Shown: positions 52,418 through 64,000, counted from the first letter of the stretch. The stretch is 64,000 nt of DNA from an uncultured Chloroflexia bacterium (GCA_963736895.1 CAVTQU010000008.1:7679-71678); one strand, 5' to 3'. The notes: a model not told the origin generated them from the sequence alone. Made by a program: numbers and translations.

Positions 52418-52555
52418 GGCAGGACCAGTTTCTAGGCCTTAGCGCTAGGTACCAGACGCGCTTTCGGGTACCTGGACCGTACCCGAAGGTACTAGACCAC
52501 TCTCGAGTGGCCCCGACCGCACTTGCGAGGTCGCCACCGCACCTAACATCACCAC

Positions 52556-53932
52556 GTGCCACCTGAGGTTGGGATTTCCAGCTCGCCGGCCGATCTTGCT
52601 GCGCTGCTGCCCGCGCCACCGTTCGCGATTGGGCGCGAATCCTGACCCCGCTGGGGGATGGTGGCACGGCGTTCCATGCCGACGGCTTGATGGTCGTCGA
52701 CAAGAGCGGCCGAATCTCGTCTGTCGGCCCGTGGCCGGACCGAGACCAAAACCAGCCGAGCACGAATAACGCCATCGACCTGCGGCCGCTCCTGCTCCTG
52801 CCGGGCATGGTCGACATGCACGCCCACCTCCCGCAGCTCCCCAATGCCGGGCTGGGCGGCGGGCTTGACCTCCTCACCTGGCTTGATCGCTACATCTTTC
52901 CGCTGGAGCGTGGCTTCGACGAAGCGGCGGCCAATGTCCTCGCGCCGCAGGCGTTCGCCGCGTTCGCCGCGGCCGGCACGACCACCGCCGTGATGTACGG
53001 CGCCGTTTACGAATTCGAGCCTGGATGCCTGTTTCGCGGCCGCCGAAGTCCACGGGATCCGAGTGGTGCTCGGCAAGGTGATGATGGATCGGCTGCGCTA
53101 CGACCGCAGCATCGGCGACGGGGAGGTGCTCGCTGCATCGCTGCGGCAGTCGCAGAACCTGATCGAGAAATGGCACGGCCGCGATGACGGACGGCTCCAA
53201 TACGCGGTCACGCCGCGGTTCGCAGTCAGCTGCTCAGCAGAGATGCTGCGCGAGTCGGCTGCTCTCGCCAAGGCCAGCGGGGCGTATTGGCAGACGCACA
53301 TTGCCGAGGATCACCACGAGATCGACGAGGTCCTGGAGCTCTTTCCCGATGCCGCCGACTACACCGATGTCTACGACCGCGCCGGCGGGCTGGGACCAAA
53401 GTCGATCCTCGCCCATGCCATCTACCTGTCGGAGCGCGAGATCGAACGACTCGCCGAGACCGGTTCGCGGATCGCTCACTGCCCGTCGGCCAACCTCTTC
53501 CTGGCAAGCGGGTTCATGCCGCTGGCGCGCTACCTCGAGGCGGGCCTCAGCGTCGGGCTGGGCTCAGACGTCGCCGGTGGACCCGATCTGAGCCTCTTCT
53601 CGGTGATGTGCGCGGGCGCCTACACGCAGAGCGGGTTGCGCACGATGCTCGGCGAGATCCGACCTTCTCTGGCACCGCTCGACTGGCTGCGCATGGGCAG
53701 CCTCGAAGGCGCCCGCGCTCTCGGGATGGACGATCGCATCGGCTCGCTGGAAGCGGGCAAGGAAGCAGACTTCATCTGTGTCGATGCGCACGCGACGTCG
53801 CCGCTTTCCGGCCAGTACACCGACGATCCCGCCGAGCTGATGAGCAGACTCATCTACCGTCAGAGACCGGACATGATCCGCGGCGCGTGGGTCCGCGGTC
53901 GCATGCTCCCCACGGGAGGAACGAGCCAATGA
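52556..53932 (+). CDS. guaD: Guanine deaminase (frameshifted)
   Basis: PGMVDMHAHLPQ, LLTWLDRYIFPLE, VTPRFAVSC, QTHIAE, LAHAIY, HCPSAN, GLGSDVAGG. Confidence 0.88.
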
Positions 53933-54384
53933 ATGCCCGATTCGGCCACGTCAACGTGATCGCCGACGACTGGCGCGCCCTGGCCGATTTCTACATCGAG
54001 AACTTCGGCTGCGTCCTCATACCGCCCGAGCGCGACTACTCCGGTGCCGACCTGTCAGCCGGAACCGCCGTGGAAAACGCTGCCCTGCGCGGCGCGCACC
54101 TGCGCCTGCCCGGCCTGGGTCCGGATGGCCCGACGCTCGAGATCTACCAGTACGCCCACAACGAGCCGCGCGCAGCGGCAGCAGCGGCCAATCGAGTTGG
54201 CTTCGGGCACATCGCGTTCGTGGTCGACGATGTCCCAGTAGCGCGCGAACGCGTCATCAGCGCGGGCGGCGCGTCGGTTGGCGAGGTCGTGACGCTACAG
54301 ACGGCCGACGGCCGGCGCGTCACCTGGTGCTACGTCTCCGATCCCGAAGGCAACTTTGTCGAGCTGCAGGCCTGGAGCGGCTAG
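53929..54384 (+). CDS. VOC/glyoxalase-family protein
   Basis: FGHVNVIADDW..LADFY, TLEIYQY, GFGHIAFVVDD, YVSDPEGNFVELQ; ATGA overlap with guaD. Confidence 0.88.
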   Translation: MNARFGHVNVIADDWRALADFYIENFGCVLIPPERDYSGADLSAGTAVENAALRGAHLRLPGLGPDGPTLEIYQYAHNEPRAAAAAANRVGFGHIAFVVDDVPVARERVISAGGASVGEVVTLQTADGRRVTWCYVSDPEGNFVELQAWSG

Positions 54385-54406
54385 GCAACTCAATCGGCCC
54401 GTCCTC

Positions 54407-55114
54407 TCAGCGGTGCGCGTCGGCGCAGATCATCTGGCCCTCGATCGAAACGCCGTCCCACGTCCTGCCCTGGAAGCTGAAGATCACCGAGTCGCCCACG
54501 CGGGTAACGTCGATGGTGCCCGATCCACCGTGCTCCGGATCGCTGTTGTCGTTGTCGTACTGCGTCCCGAAGCCGGTCTCGGAAATGAAATCGAGGCTGA
54601 CTCGGCCGTCGGTGATGTCGGTCACCGCGCCGTCCTCCGTGAGGACATCCTCGAGCGGGACGGTGATGCTGAATCGGTGGATCTTGCCGTCGGGCGCATC
54701 GTCATACCAGGCAAGCGCCGTGTAGGTGGGGTCGCTGAAATCGGACGAGCAATAGCTGCCGTCATCGGACAGACCAATGATGTCGTGCGTGCCGTCGCGG
54801 TCGCCGCGCGTGTCGTTGGTGATGGTCACGCGCGCAACGACACCGGCGTCGCTCGCTGACGCATCGAGGCTGGAACCCGGCTCAACCGTGGGTACCTCGG
54901 TCGCCGATTCGGTAGCTGTGGCGGTCGCGGGAGGTGCCGTCACGGTGGGCGTGGTTGGCTGGACCGAGGCGACCGGGGTCGCGGCCGCTGGCGTAGCCGC
55001 CGCCGGCGTTGCTGGTGCACGAGTGGCGGGTGCAAGAGTCGCCGCTCCACCGCCACCGCACGCGAAAACGAGGAGTGCAGTGGTGAGCAGGCCGAATGAG
55101 CGCAGGTAGTTCAC
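54407..55114 (-). CDS. Hypothetical lipoprotein
   Basis: Lipobox LVFAC, Ala/Thr/Pro linker, acidic beta-rich C-terminal domain with two Cys. Confidence 0.7.
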   Translation of the reverse strand: MNYLRSFGLLTTALLVFACGGGGAATLAPATRAPATPAAATPAAATPVASVQPTTPTVTAPPATATATESATEVPTVEPGSSLDASASDAGVVARVTITNDTRGDRDGTHDIIGLSDDGSYCSSDFSDPTYTALAWYDDAPDGKIHRFSITVPLEDVLTEDGAVTDITDGRVSLDFISETGFGTQYDNDNSDPEHGGSGTIDVTRVGDSVIFSFQGRTWDGVSIEGQMICADAHR

Positions 55115-55249
55115 GTGGTTCCCCTTGGACTTCATGGAAACGCGACCCGATCCCGGGTCGCGAGTTGGTGACAATCAGAGCGGCAGCGAACGCGGAGTTC
55201 GGGTTGCCAGCCGGCCGGATTGTATTTCGGATCGCTAGGCTTGCCCGCG

Positions 55250-56842
55250 ATGGAGTCTTGTGACCTTCTGATCGAGGGCGGGACGCTCGTCGACGGCACC
55301 GGGGCAGCCGGTCTGGCGGGCTCTATCGCCACCGTCGGGGATCGTCTGCATGTTCTCGCGCCAGGTGATCAGGATCGTCCGTCGCAGGTCGGTCGGGTGA
55401 TCGATGCCCACGGCAAGGTCGTCGCACCAGGGTTTATCGACCTGCATTCGCACGCCGGGCTGATGGTCCTCGCCGACCCGCGCCACGAACCCAAGGTCCG
55501 CCAGGGCGTCACCACCGAGGTGATCGGCGTAGACGGGCTGTCATATGCGCCACTTCCCGGACAGGACGACCTTGATGCCCTGATCGAGATGAACGCCGGC
55601 CTCGACGGATCGCCCGACATCCAGCGGGACTGGCAGTCGGTTGCCGGTTACCTGGATCGTTTTGACGGCAAGGTGGCCGTGAATATCGGGTTGTTGATCG
55701 GCAACAGCGCGCTACGGATCAGCCGGCTCGGCTGGGACGACGTTCCTGCCGACGAGCCAGCCATCGCCGACATGCGGGCCATGCTTCGCGAGGCGATGGA
55801 AGCTGGCGCGCTGGGTGTTTCGAGCGGCCTCGACTACCCGCCGGGCGCCTTTGCCACGACCGCGGAGCTGGCCGCGCTAACGGCGGAGGCAGCCAAGCAC
55901 GGCGGCTTCTACCACACCCATGTCCGCTATCCGCTTGGCGACCGCTACCTGGATCCGTTCCGTGAGGCAGTCGAGATCGGCCGACAGGGCGACGGTCCGG
56001 TTCACATAACCCACTTCTATCACCGCCAGATGCACCCCGGCCCGCCCGAGCGGCTGCTGGCGCTCATCGACGATGCGCGCGCCGAAGGGCTGGACGTCAC
56101 CTTCGACACATATCCCTACGAGTGGGCGTCGACGCGGCTGCTGATCCAGCTCCCGCAATGGATCCAGGCAGGCGGACCGGCGCCGCTCAAGGAACGTCTG
56201 GCGGACACGGCGGCTCGGGAGAAGGTGCGCGTCGAGCTCCGCGAGCGCGGCGCGGCCTACACCTCTCGTGCCGGGTGGGCCGATGTCCGGCTGGGGTACT
56301 TCGCCAACCCCGACAATCTCCGCTGGGAGGGACAGACCCTCGCCGAGGTGATGAGCGAGCGCGGCACGGACGCCGTCGACACGATGTGCGACCTGCTCGT
56401 CGCCGAGGACCTGCGCGTCAACCAGGTCACCTCAGGCCCGTGGTCCGAGACCCTCCACCATTTCGTGGTTCATCCGGTGGGCATGTTCGGCACGGACTCG
56501 ACGTTCATTGGCGACAAGCCGTCGCCGCGCACCTACGGGTCGTTCCCGCGCGTCCTGGGCGAGTTCGTCCGCGACCGCGCTCTCCTGGGCCTGGAAGAAG
56601 CCGTCCGCAAGATGACGTCAGCGCCCGCGGCGCGACTCGGGCTGACGGATCGCGGACTGCTGCGGGACGGCCTCAATGCCGACATCGTGGTGTTCGACCC
56701 AGAGACGGTCCGTACCAACGCGACTTACGAAGAACCGCGCCGCTTCCCGGATGGGATAGATCACGTGATCGTCAACGGCACGCTCGTGGTTGATGGCGGG
56801 CAGCACACAGGGGCGCTTCCCGGCCGGGTAGTGCGCCGTTAA
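55250..56842 (+). CDS. N-acyl-D-amino-acid deacylase (D-aminoacylase) family amidohydrolase
   Basis: APGFIDLHSH, QGVTTEV, GLDYPPG, YHTHVR, DTYPY, PRTYGSFPRVLG, ADIVVFDP, HVIVNG. Confidence 0.9.
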   Translation: MESCDLLIEGGTLVDGTGAAGLAGSIATVGDRLHVLAPGDQDRPSQVGRVIDAHGKVVAPGFIDLHSHAGLMVLADPRHEPKVRQGVTTEVIGVDGLSYAPLPGQDDLDALIEMNAGLDGSPDIQRDWQSVAGYLDRFDGKVAVNIGLLIGNSALRISRLGWDDVPADEPAIADMRAMLREAMEAGALGVSSGLDYPPGAFATTAELAALTAEAAKHGGFYHTHVRYPLGDRYLDPFREAVEIGRQGDGPVHITHFYHRQMHPGPPERLLALIDDARAEGLDVTFDTYPYEWASTRLLIQLPQWIQAGGPAPLKERLADTAAREKVRVELRERGAAYTSRAGWADVRLGYFANPDNLRWEGQTLAEVMSERGTDAVDTMCDLLVAEDLRVNQVTSGPWSETLHHFVVHPVGMFGTDSTFIGDKPSPRTYGSFPRVLGEFVRDRALLGLEEAVRKMTSAPAARLGLTDRGLLRDGLNADIVVFDPETVRTNATYEEPRRFPDGIDHVIVNGTLVVDGGQHTGALPGRVVRR

Positions 56843-56860
56843 AGCGCCGCCTGCGGCCGC

Positions 56861-57352
56861 CTAGAAGGGCTTCGTCACCATCAGGAAGACGATGACCACG
56901 ATCAACGCTGCGTTGAACATGCCTGCCATGCGCGCTCGCCGCACCAAGGCCGCGATGTGGGGCGGCGGCCCGGATGGCGGCGGAGCGCCTGGCGCAGGCG
57001 GAGGAGGTGGCGTCGAGGTTGCCTCGACCAGCTTGGCAGTAGTCGGGATGAGCACCAGGAATGCGGTGGCGAGCGCAATCAGGTAGAGGACGATCCCAAC
57101 AAGGAGCCATCCAGTGGCAAAGAGGTTGATGTTGACTTTCCAGATGAGCAGCACACCGGTAACACCCTGGAAGATCGCCAGAGGCAGGATCAGCCGCTTC
57201 GAAGTGGCCTCCTGGAAACGCAGGGCGAAGTTCGCGTGAGCGGGTTCACGACCTGTCATCGGGCCGAGGATGATGAACGCGTAAGTCGGCCCGAACGCGA
57301 TGATCGCCCCCATCACGTGCAGAAACAGAATGAAAAGAAAAACCCAGTCCAT
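56861..57352 (-). CDS. DUF2269-family integral membrane protein
   Basis: LFLHVMGAIIAFGP N-terminus, four TM helices, LMVTKPF C-terminus. Confidence 0.75.
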   Translation of the reverse strand: MDWVFLFILFLHVMGAIIAFGPTYAFIILGPMTGREPAHANFALRFQEATSKRLILPLAIFQGVTGVLLIWKVNINLFATGWLLVGIVLYLIALATAFLVLIPTTAKLVEATSTPPPPPAPGAPPPSGPPPHIAALVRRARMAGMFNAALIVVIVFLMVTKPF

Positions 57353-57467
57353 GGCCTCCGCCCTCTCTCTGCCGTCGACGCGTGACGTTGCGGGACCGGC
57401 CTGCCCACGTTAGCACCGGCACGCCTGTGGTTTCGGCCCTCCGTTCGCGGGTACCATCACTGACCAG

Positions 57468-59924
57468 ATGAGCGTGACTTCTCGGCCGCCGCGCCTGGCC
57501 CCGCGCCCCGAGGCGCCGATCGCGCCGGTGCAGGCGCCGCCACCGGGAGATCTGGGCGTCGGCAGCGCGCGCGCATATCCGCTTCGGCGCGAAGGCCCGG
57601 CCAAGCTGACCGGAACTGCGCTGTACACCGATGACATGGTTTTTCCCGGAGCCTGGTACGGGCACACGGTCCGCTCGACCGTCCCGCACGCTCGGCTCCT
57701 CGGAGTGGAGCTCGACCCCGCCTTCGACTGGTCGAAGGTTGTCGTGATCACTGCCAAAGATCTGACCGGCGACAACGTGGTCAGCCTGATCAAGGACGAC
57801 CAGCCGATCCTGGTCTCTGACACCATCCGGCATCAGGCCGAGCCTGTGGCACTGCTCGCCGCCCCGGACCGCGACACGCTCCGCGAGGCCAAGCACCGCA
57901 TCACCCTCAAGACCGAGCTGTTGCCGCCGGTCTTCGATCCGCTCGAGGCGATCCAGGAGTTTGCCCATTTCGCTCTCGCCAAGGGAGACATCGAGGCGGG
58001 CTTCGCCGAGGCCGAGCTGGTCATCGAAGGCACGTATCGCGTCGGCCACCAGGAGCAGCTGTACATCGAGAACAACGCGATGATCGCCGTGCCGCGGCCA
58101 GACGGCGGCATCACGATCCACGGCTCGATGCAATGCCCGTACTACATCCACAAGGCGATGAAGCGCGCCCTGAAGCTGACCGACGATCAGGCGGTGATCA
58201 TCCAGGCCGAGACCGGCGGGGGCTTCGGTGGCAAGGAGGAGTACCCGTCGATCATCGCCCTCCACGCTGCCCTTCTCGCGCAGCGCGTCGGCAAGCCCGT
58301 GCGGATGATCTACGACCGGCACGAGGACCTGGCGGCGACGACGAAGCGGCACCCGGCCATCGTGACCCACCGCACCGGCGTCACGCGCGACGGCCGTCTC
58401 GTGGCACAGGACATAGATGTCGTGATGGACGGTGGCGCCTACTGCACGCTATCGCCGGTCGTGCTGTCGCGCGGCACCCTCCACGCGGGCGGTCCCTATG
58501 TCGTGTCCGAACGTGCGCATCACGGGACGTGCCATGGCAACGAACACGCCGCCCAACGGCGCATTCCGCGGGTTCGGCGCGCCGCAAACCGAGTTCGCGG
58601 CCGAGATGCAGGTCAATCGCGTCGCCGAGGCGCTGGGCACGTCGCCGCTGGAGCTGCGGCGCCAGTGGGTGTATCGCCTCGGCGACGAGACGCCCAGCGG
58701 CCAGATCCTGCGCGAAAGTGTCGCCGGCGAGGAGGTGCTGGAACGGGCAGCCGAGGCGTCCGAGTTCGAGCGCATATACGCCCAGACGAGCCTCGCCCGC
58801 CGCGAGCGCAAGTCCGGAGAACGTGTCCGCCCCAGTGTTTCGCAGCTCACCTCGACATCCGACCAAACGGCTCACGGAATTGGCATGGCGCTGGCCTGGC
58901 ATGGCGCTGGCTTCACGGGCAGCGGCGAGGTCAAGCTGGCCAGCGTCGCCAGCCTGGAGCTCACCGCCGACGGCCGTATCCGGGTACTGACCGCATCGAC
59001 GGAGATGGGCCAGGGCACCAAGACGATCTTTCCGCAGCTCGCGGCGGAGCATCTTGGCGTCGACGAAAGCGACGTGGAGATGGCTCCCCAGGACACATCG
59101 ATCGTGCCTGACAGTGGCCCGACGGTTGCGTCGCGCACGGCGATGGTCGTCGGCGGTCTGGTCATCCAGGCCGCGGCGCGGATGCGCGCCCAGGTCGAAG
59201 AGGCGACCGGCAAGCCATTCGCTGTTGCCTATGTCGAATACGCGCGCCAGAGCGGCGGCCTGCGTATCGACCAGCAGTTCGAGCCCTATCCCAACGTCGA
59301 CTTCGACGACGAGACCTACCGCGGCGACGCCTACCCGGCCTATGGCTGGGCGAGTGCCGTTGCCGAAGTAGACGTGGACCTGGACACCGGCGAGACCCAC
59401 GTGCGCAGCATCGTGTCGGCCGACGACATCGGCCATGCCATCCACCCCGTGCTGGCCGAGGGCCAAGTCGAGGGTGGCACGCTCCAGGGAGTCGGCTACG
59501 CCACCATCGAGGAGATCAAGCTCGTCGACGGCCGCTACCTGAACGATCGACTCGCCACGTACCTGATCCCCACGTCGCTCGATGCGCCGCGGATCGAGTC
59601 GATCCTTGTCGAGAACCCGTACTCCGGTGCGCCGCATGGCGCCAAGGGAGTCGGGGAGCTGCCCATGGACGTGCCTGCCGCGGCCGTCGTCGCGGCGATC
59701 CACGATGCCACTGGTGTGTGGATCCACGATCTGCCAGCGTCGCCCGAGCGGGTGATCGCAGCGATCCACGGCATCGCGCCGCCGCCGCTGCCTGGGATCA
59801 GCACGGTGAGCGACCGTTCGACTACGCCTCAGCCATCGGCCGAGGACGCGGGCGCACCGGAGGAAGGCCTTGATCCCCGACCTGACGCGCCCACCGACCC
59901 GCAACCCCTACGCGGACCGCATCC

Positions 59925-59928
<4 letters not shown>
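57468..59928 (+). CDS. Xanthine dehydrogenase-family molybdopterin-binding subunit (one frameshift near 58500)
   Basis: KLTGTALYTDD, EQLYIE, QCPY, GGGFGGKE, AFRGFGAPQ, EMGQG, TVASR, GQVEGG, AKGVGELP. Confidence 0.93.
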
Positions 59929-60398
<470 letters not shown>

Positions 60399-60405
60399 CG
60401 ATTTC

Positions 60406-61260
60406 ATGCCGGTCGAGCCACCGCTCGAGTCGCCTACCAGCCTGGCGGAGGCCTATGGCTTGCTGTCGTCGAGCGATGGCTGGCGACCGATCGCCGGAGG
60501 CACCGACCTCATGGTCCAGATCACCGGTGAGCTGGCTGCGCCACCCGAGCGCGTCCTCGACCTGTGGCGGTTGGACGAGCTGCGCGGGATAACTATCCAC
60601 GACGGCGACCTGGTGCTCGGAGCTCTGACCACCTACACCGACATTCGGCGCTCCGACCTGTGCCAGGAGCATCTGCCGGCCTTGCTCGAGGCTGCGGCGA
60701 CGATCGGCGCGGCGCAGATCCAGAACCGCGGCACGATCGGCGGCAACATCGTCAATGCGTCCCCAGCGGGCGACACTCTGCCCGTGCTATTGGCAACCGA
60801 TGCGCAGATCGTGCTTGGGAGCGCCGCCGGCGAACGAACAGTCGCCGCGGCCGACTTCTGGCCGGGTTATCGTCAGACCGCGCGGCGCGACGACGAGCTC
60901 GTTCTCCGTGCGCGCATTCCGCTGCCCCAGGGCCGCCAGGTCCGTTTCAGGAAGGTCGGCACGCGCCGCGCCCAGGCAATCTCGAAGGTCGTGGTGTGCC
61001 TGTCCTGGCGTCCCGATGGCGGCGTATGGCGGGACGTCCGCCTGGCGTTCGGCTCCGTTGCCGCCACTCCCATCCGCGCCACCGAGACCGAACGGGTCCT
61101 TGATGGCGCGGCGCCGCGCTCCGAGACTGCTGATCACGCCTCCTCGACGCTGGCCGCTGAGATCCATCCGATCGACGACGTGCGATCGACCGCCGAATAC
61201 CGACGCGTAGTTGCCGCGCGAGTGCTGCACCGACTGCTGCGCGAGGCTGGCGGCTGGTAG
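60406..61260 (+). CDS. Xanthine dehydrogenase-family FAD-binding subunit
   Basis: IAGGTDL, IGAAQIQNRGTIGGNIVNASPAGD, FRKVGTRRAQAISK, PIDDVRSTAEYR. Confidence 0.93.
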   Translation: MPVEPPLESPTSLAEAYGLLSSSDGWRPIAGGTDLMVQITGELAAPPERVLDLWRLDELRGITIHDGDLVLGALTTYTDIRRSDLCQEHLPALLEAAATIGAAQIQNRGTIGGNIVNASPAGDTLPVLLATDAQIVLGSAAGERTVAAADFWPGYRQTARRDDELVLRARIPLPQGRQVRFRKVGTRRAQAISKVVVCLSWRPDGGVWRDVRLAFGSVAATPIRATETERVLDGAAPRSETADHASSTLAAEIHPIDDVRSTAEYRRVVAARVLHRLLREAGGW

Positions 61261-61262
61261 AC

Positions 61263-64000
61263 ATGGATCGCTCGGCGCCTGATCGGTCGAGCGGGGCACC
61301 CACGGCTTGCCCCACGTGCGGCGCGGCGGTAGCGGCCGACGCCCGCTTCTGCGCGAACTGCGGGACGTCGCTGAACTCGTCGACCACAAATCCCGCTGAA
61401 GAAAGGAAGATCGCGACCATCCTGTTCGCCGACGTGATCGGGTCGACAGACCTCGGCGAGCAGCTCGATCCCGAACGTCTCCGCGCCCTGCTCCAGGATT
61501 ACTTCGCAGCGATGGCGCGAGTCATCGAGGGCTGGGCAGGCACTGTCGAGAAGTACATCGGCGACGCGATCCTCGCCGTGTTCGGGGTGCCGGTCGCGCG
61601 CGAGGACGACCCCATCCGCGCCCTGAGCGCGGCGACCGAGATGCTCACCGAGATCGAGCGTCTGAACGACGAGTTCGAAGCCCGCCATGGAGTCCGGCTG
61701 AGCGTTCGAATAGGCGTCAACACGGGCGAGGTCCTGGCGCCGGTTGGTGCCCGGGCCGGCGGTCAGTTCCTCGTCTCGGGCGATCCCGTGAACGTCGCCT
61801 CGCGCCTGCAGGTTGCGGCCGAGCCGGACACGATCCTGGTGGGCGATAGGACATGGGCGGCAGCGCGAAACGTCTTTGCCTTTGAGGATCCGGTCGAACT
61901 TGTCGTCAAGGGCAAGCGTGAACCGGTCACAGCTCGGCGACTGGGTTCCCAAACCGCGTACGACTCGCGCGGCGTTCGTTTCCAGGCGCCCATGGTCGGC
62001 CGCGAGCGGGAGCTCGAGACGCTGCTGGGCCTCCTGGATCAATCCATCGAGACAGGTCAGCCGCGCCTGGTGGTCCTGAGCGGCTCGGCCGGCATCGGCA
62101 AGAGCCGGATGCTGCGCGAGGTCATCGCCGCGGCTGCCGGCCGCCACGAGGATGTGCTTGTGCTGCGCGGCAGATGCCTCGCAGCCGGCCAGGGCGTCAC
62201 CTTCTGGGCGCTCGGCGAGATCCTTCGGGCGGCCTGTGGAATCTCGCTCGATGAGCCGGTCGACAACGCCGTCGAGAAGCTCAGACAAACCGTCGAGCTG
62301 GCGCTCCAGCCGATCGGAATCGGCGCCGGCGAACGCGAGGCCACCTTCTTCGCGCTGGCTACCAGCGCCAACCTGCCGGTGCCGAACAACCCGCTCGACC
62401 AGATCGAGCCTGAGGGAGTGGGCGAGGAGATGGCGCGTGCCTGGCCACGTTTCTTGTCCGCGCTTGCGGCCCGCCAGCCTGCGGTAATCGTGCTCGAGGA
62501 TCTGCACTGGGCGGACGAACGGCTGGTCGGGATGATCGAGTCGATGGCCACCAGGTCGACCGGGCCGCTGATGATGATCGGCACCGCGCGGCCGGAATTT
62601 CTCGAGAGACATGCCGGCTTCGGATCAGGCGGAGAGGTCACTGTCATCGGCTTGCGGCCACTTACCGAGGCGCAGAGCGAGCGGCTGGTCACAGAGCTGC
62701 TGGGCGACAGCGATCCTCTGCGGGCGCTGCTTATCGATGTACGCCAGAAAGCGGAGGGCAATCCCTTCTTCCTTGAAGAGATCCTCCAGCGGCTGATCGA
62801 CGAGGGCGCCATCGTGCGTGAGGGCGGCCGCTGGGTCGCCACCGAGCGTGCCCAGACGGTGCAGCTACCCGACACGATTCACGCCCTCCTTGCCGCGCGG
62901 ATCGACGCGCTTCCTGCGGGCGAGAAGGGACTGCTCCAGCAGGCCGCGGTGGTGGGTCGCATCTTCTGGCCGGGCTCCTTGGCGGCCGCCTCCGAGGGCA
63001 ATGACCCTGCGGAGCTGCTCCGCTCCCTGGAACGGCGCGGCCTCGTCTCGGCGCGGACCAGCTCAACCATCGAGGGTCAGCCCGAGTTCATCTTCCGCCA
63101 TGTTCTGATTCGCGACGTCGCGTACGCCAGTGTCCCCAAGGCTCGCCGAGCCCGCGCGCACGCCGAGACCGCCGAGTGGATCGAAGCCCTGGCAGCGGAT
63201 CGTGTCGAGGAATTCGGCGAGCTGCTCGCCTACCACTACGCAGCGGCAGCAGCGGGCGAGGACGCGGACCTGGCCTGGGCGGCTGAGCCTCAACGACACG
63301 CCGAGCTGCGTGCAACTGCGGTCAGGGCGCTCGTCAACGCCGGCAACGCCGCTCGACGCCGGTTTGCGGTCGACAAGGCAATTGAGCTTCACGAACAGGC
63401 ACTGGCGATCGCAAACAGTGACGCCGAACGTGCGGTGGCGCAGGAGGGACTCGGCGATGACCAGGAGTCGCTCTTCCACATGGACGAGGCGCTGGTCGCG
63501 TATCTCGCGGCAATCGACGGCTATCGGCTGAGTGGCGATGACGCCGAGACGGTCGGGCACGTGGTTTCGAAGGTCGCGACGCTGGCTCGCCGGTGGGGCG
63601 CCTTCCGCCAGGTCCCCGACCACGCCCTTATCTACAACCTCGTACACGACAGTTTGGACCGCGAGATCAGCGACGAGTTGCGCGCCGAGCTGCTGATCGG
63701 ATCGGGGCTGGTGGCGAAGTCGGGCACGCAGACGACCAGTCGGACGCCCCTGGCCAGCGAGGACAAGGCCGAGCTCCCGCGTCACATCGCGGACGTCGAG
63801 GGCGGCCTAAAGCTAGCCCTTGAGATCGACGATCCGACGCTGCTGCACCGCGCCTACGGAGTACTGACGCTCCTGTACTGGCACGCCGGTCAGATCGACA
63901 AGTACCGCGAGGCGAATGAACGGGACGTCGAGCTGCTCGACCGACTGCCGTCACGCCGCGACCGCGTCGACCTCCTGACCGGATACGCGGCAGTCCGCAT
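61263..64000 (+). CDS. Zinc-ribbon + class III adenylate/guanylate cyclase + AAA (STAND) ATPase + TPR-like protein (3' truncated by window)
   Basis: Absent from the ORF track (no stop in window); translated by eye: CPTCG...FCANCG, ERKIATILFADVIGST, EKYIGDA, RIGVNTGEV, GDPVNVASRLQ, GRERE, GSAGIGKS, LEDLHWAD, EGNPFF. Confidence 0.92.
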   Translation, partial: MDRSAPDRSSGAPTACPTCGAAVAADARFCANCGTSLNSSTTNPAEERKIATILFADVIGSTDLGEQLDPERLRALLQDYFAAMARVIEGWAGTVEKYIGDAILAVFGVPVAREDDPIRALSAATEMLTEIERLNDEFEARHGVRLSVRIGVNTGEVLAPVGARAGGQFLVSGDPVNVASRLQVAAEPDTILVGDRTWAAARNVFAFEDPVELVVKGKREPVTARRLGSQTAYDSRGVRFQAPMVGRERELETLLGLLDQSIETGQPRLVVLSGSAGIGKSRMLREVIAAAAGRHEDVLVLRGRCLAAGQGVTFWALGEILRAACGISLDEPVDNAVEKLRQTVELALQPIGIGAGEREATFFALATSANLPVPNNPLDQIEPEGVGEEMARAWPRFLSALAARQPAVIVLEDLHWADERLVGMIESMATRSTGPLMMIGTARPEFLERHAGFGSGGEVTVIGLRPLTEAQSERLVTELLGDSDPLRALLIDVRQKAEGNPFFLEEILQRLIDEGAIVREGGRWVATERAQTVQLPDTIHALLAARIDALPAGEKGLLQQAAVVGRIFWPGSLAAASEGNDPAELLRSLERRGLVSARTSSTIEGQPEFIFRHVLIRDVAYASVPKARRARAHAETAEWIEALAADRVEEFGELLAYHYAAAAAGEDADLAWAAEPQRHAELRATAVRALVNAGNAARRRFAVDKAIELHEQALAIANSDAERAVAQEGLGDDQESLFHMDEALVAYLAAIDGYRLSGDDAETVGHVVSKVATLARRWGAFRQVPDHALIYNLVHDSLDREISDELRAELLIGSGLVAKSGTQTTSRTPLASEDKAELPRHIADVEGGLKLALEIDDPTLLHRAYGVLTLLYWHAGQIDKYREANERDVELLDRLPSRRDRVDLLTGYAAVR

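Overview
GC-rich bacterial DNA with patchy indel errors typical of a low-coverage long-read assembly: many frameshifts at 1-5.9 kb and 38-48.5 kb, few at 11-37 kb. Bases 1-~5250 look Actinomycetota/Acidimicrobiia-like. They abut a 5'-truncated peptide ABC operon, and the rest looks Chloroflexota-like (taxonomy is inference; possible chimeric junction). Recognisable content: peptidases, YyaL, a Dpp/Opp ABC transporter, a decayed AbrB/VapC pair, a ScyD/ScyE-like protein, a TPP-riboswitch-controlled thiN-thiBPQ operon, an M23 peptidase, an HTH-4xGAF-GGDEF protein, a WYL regulator, pntAA/AB/B, glcD, a NarL-type two-component system, a CADD-like oxidase, a guaD/xanthine dehydrogenase cluster and a STAND adenylate cyclase. 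The strongest candidate for an undescribed system is a tightly coupled six-gene operon (11347-18034, minus strand). It encodes a DsrL/GltD-like NAD(P)H:Fe-S flavoprotein, a split b6-type cytochrome b with an APWY Qo motif, a Rieske protein, a cytochrome c-cupredoxin fusion and a membrane-anchored Kelch propeller. The second candidate is a pseudoknotted ~100-nt RNA (27264-27366) behind a sigma70-type promoter and DnaA-like boxes. Several unexplained repeats were also found. No CRISPR array, rRNA, tRNA, integrase or transposase was recognised. All family assignments come from motif recognition by eye, not database searches.
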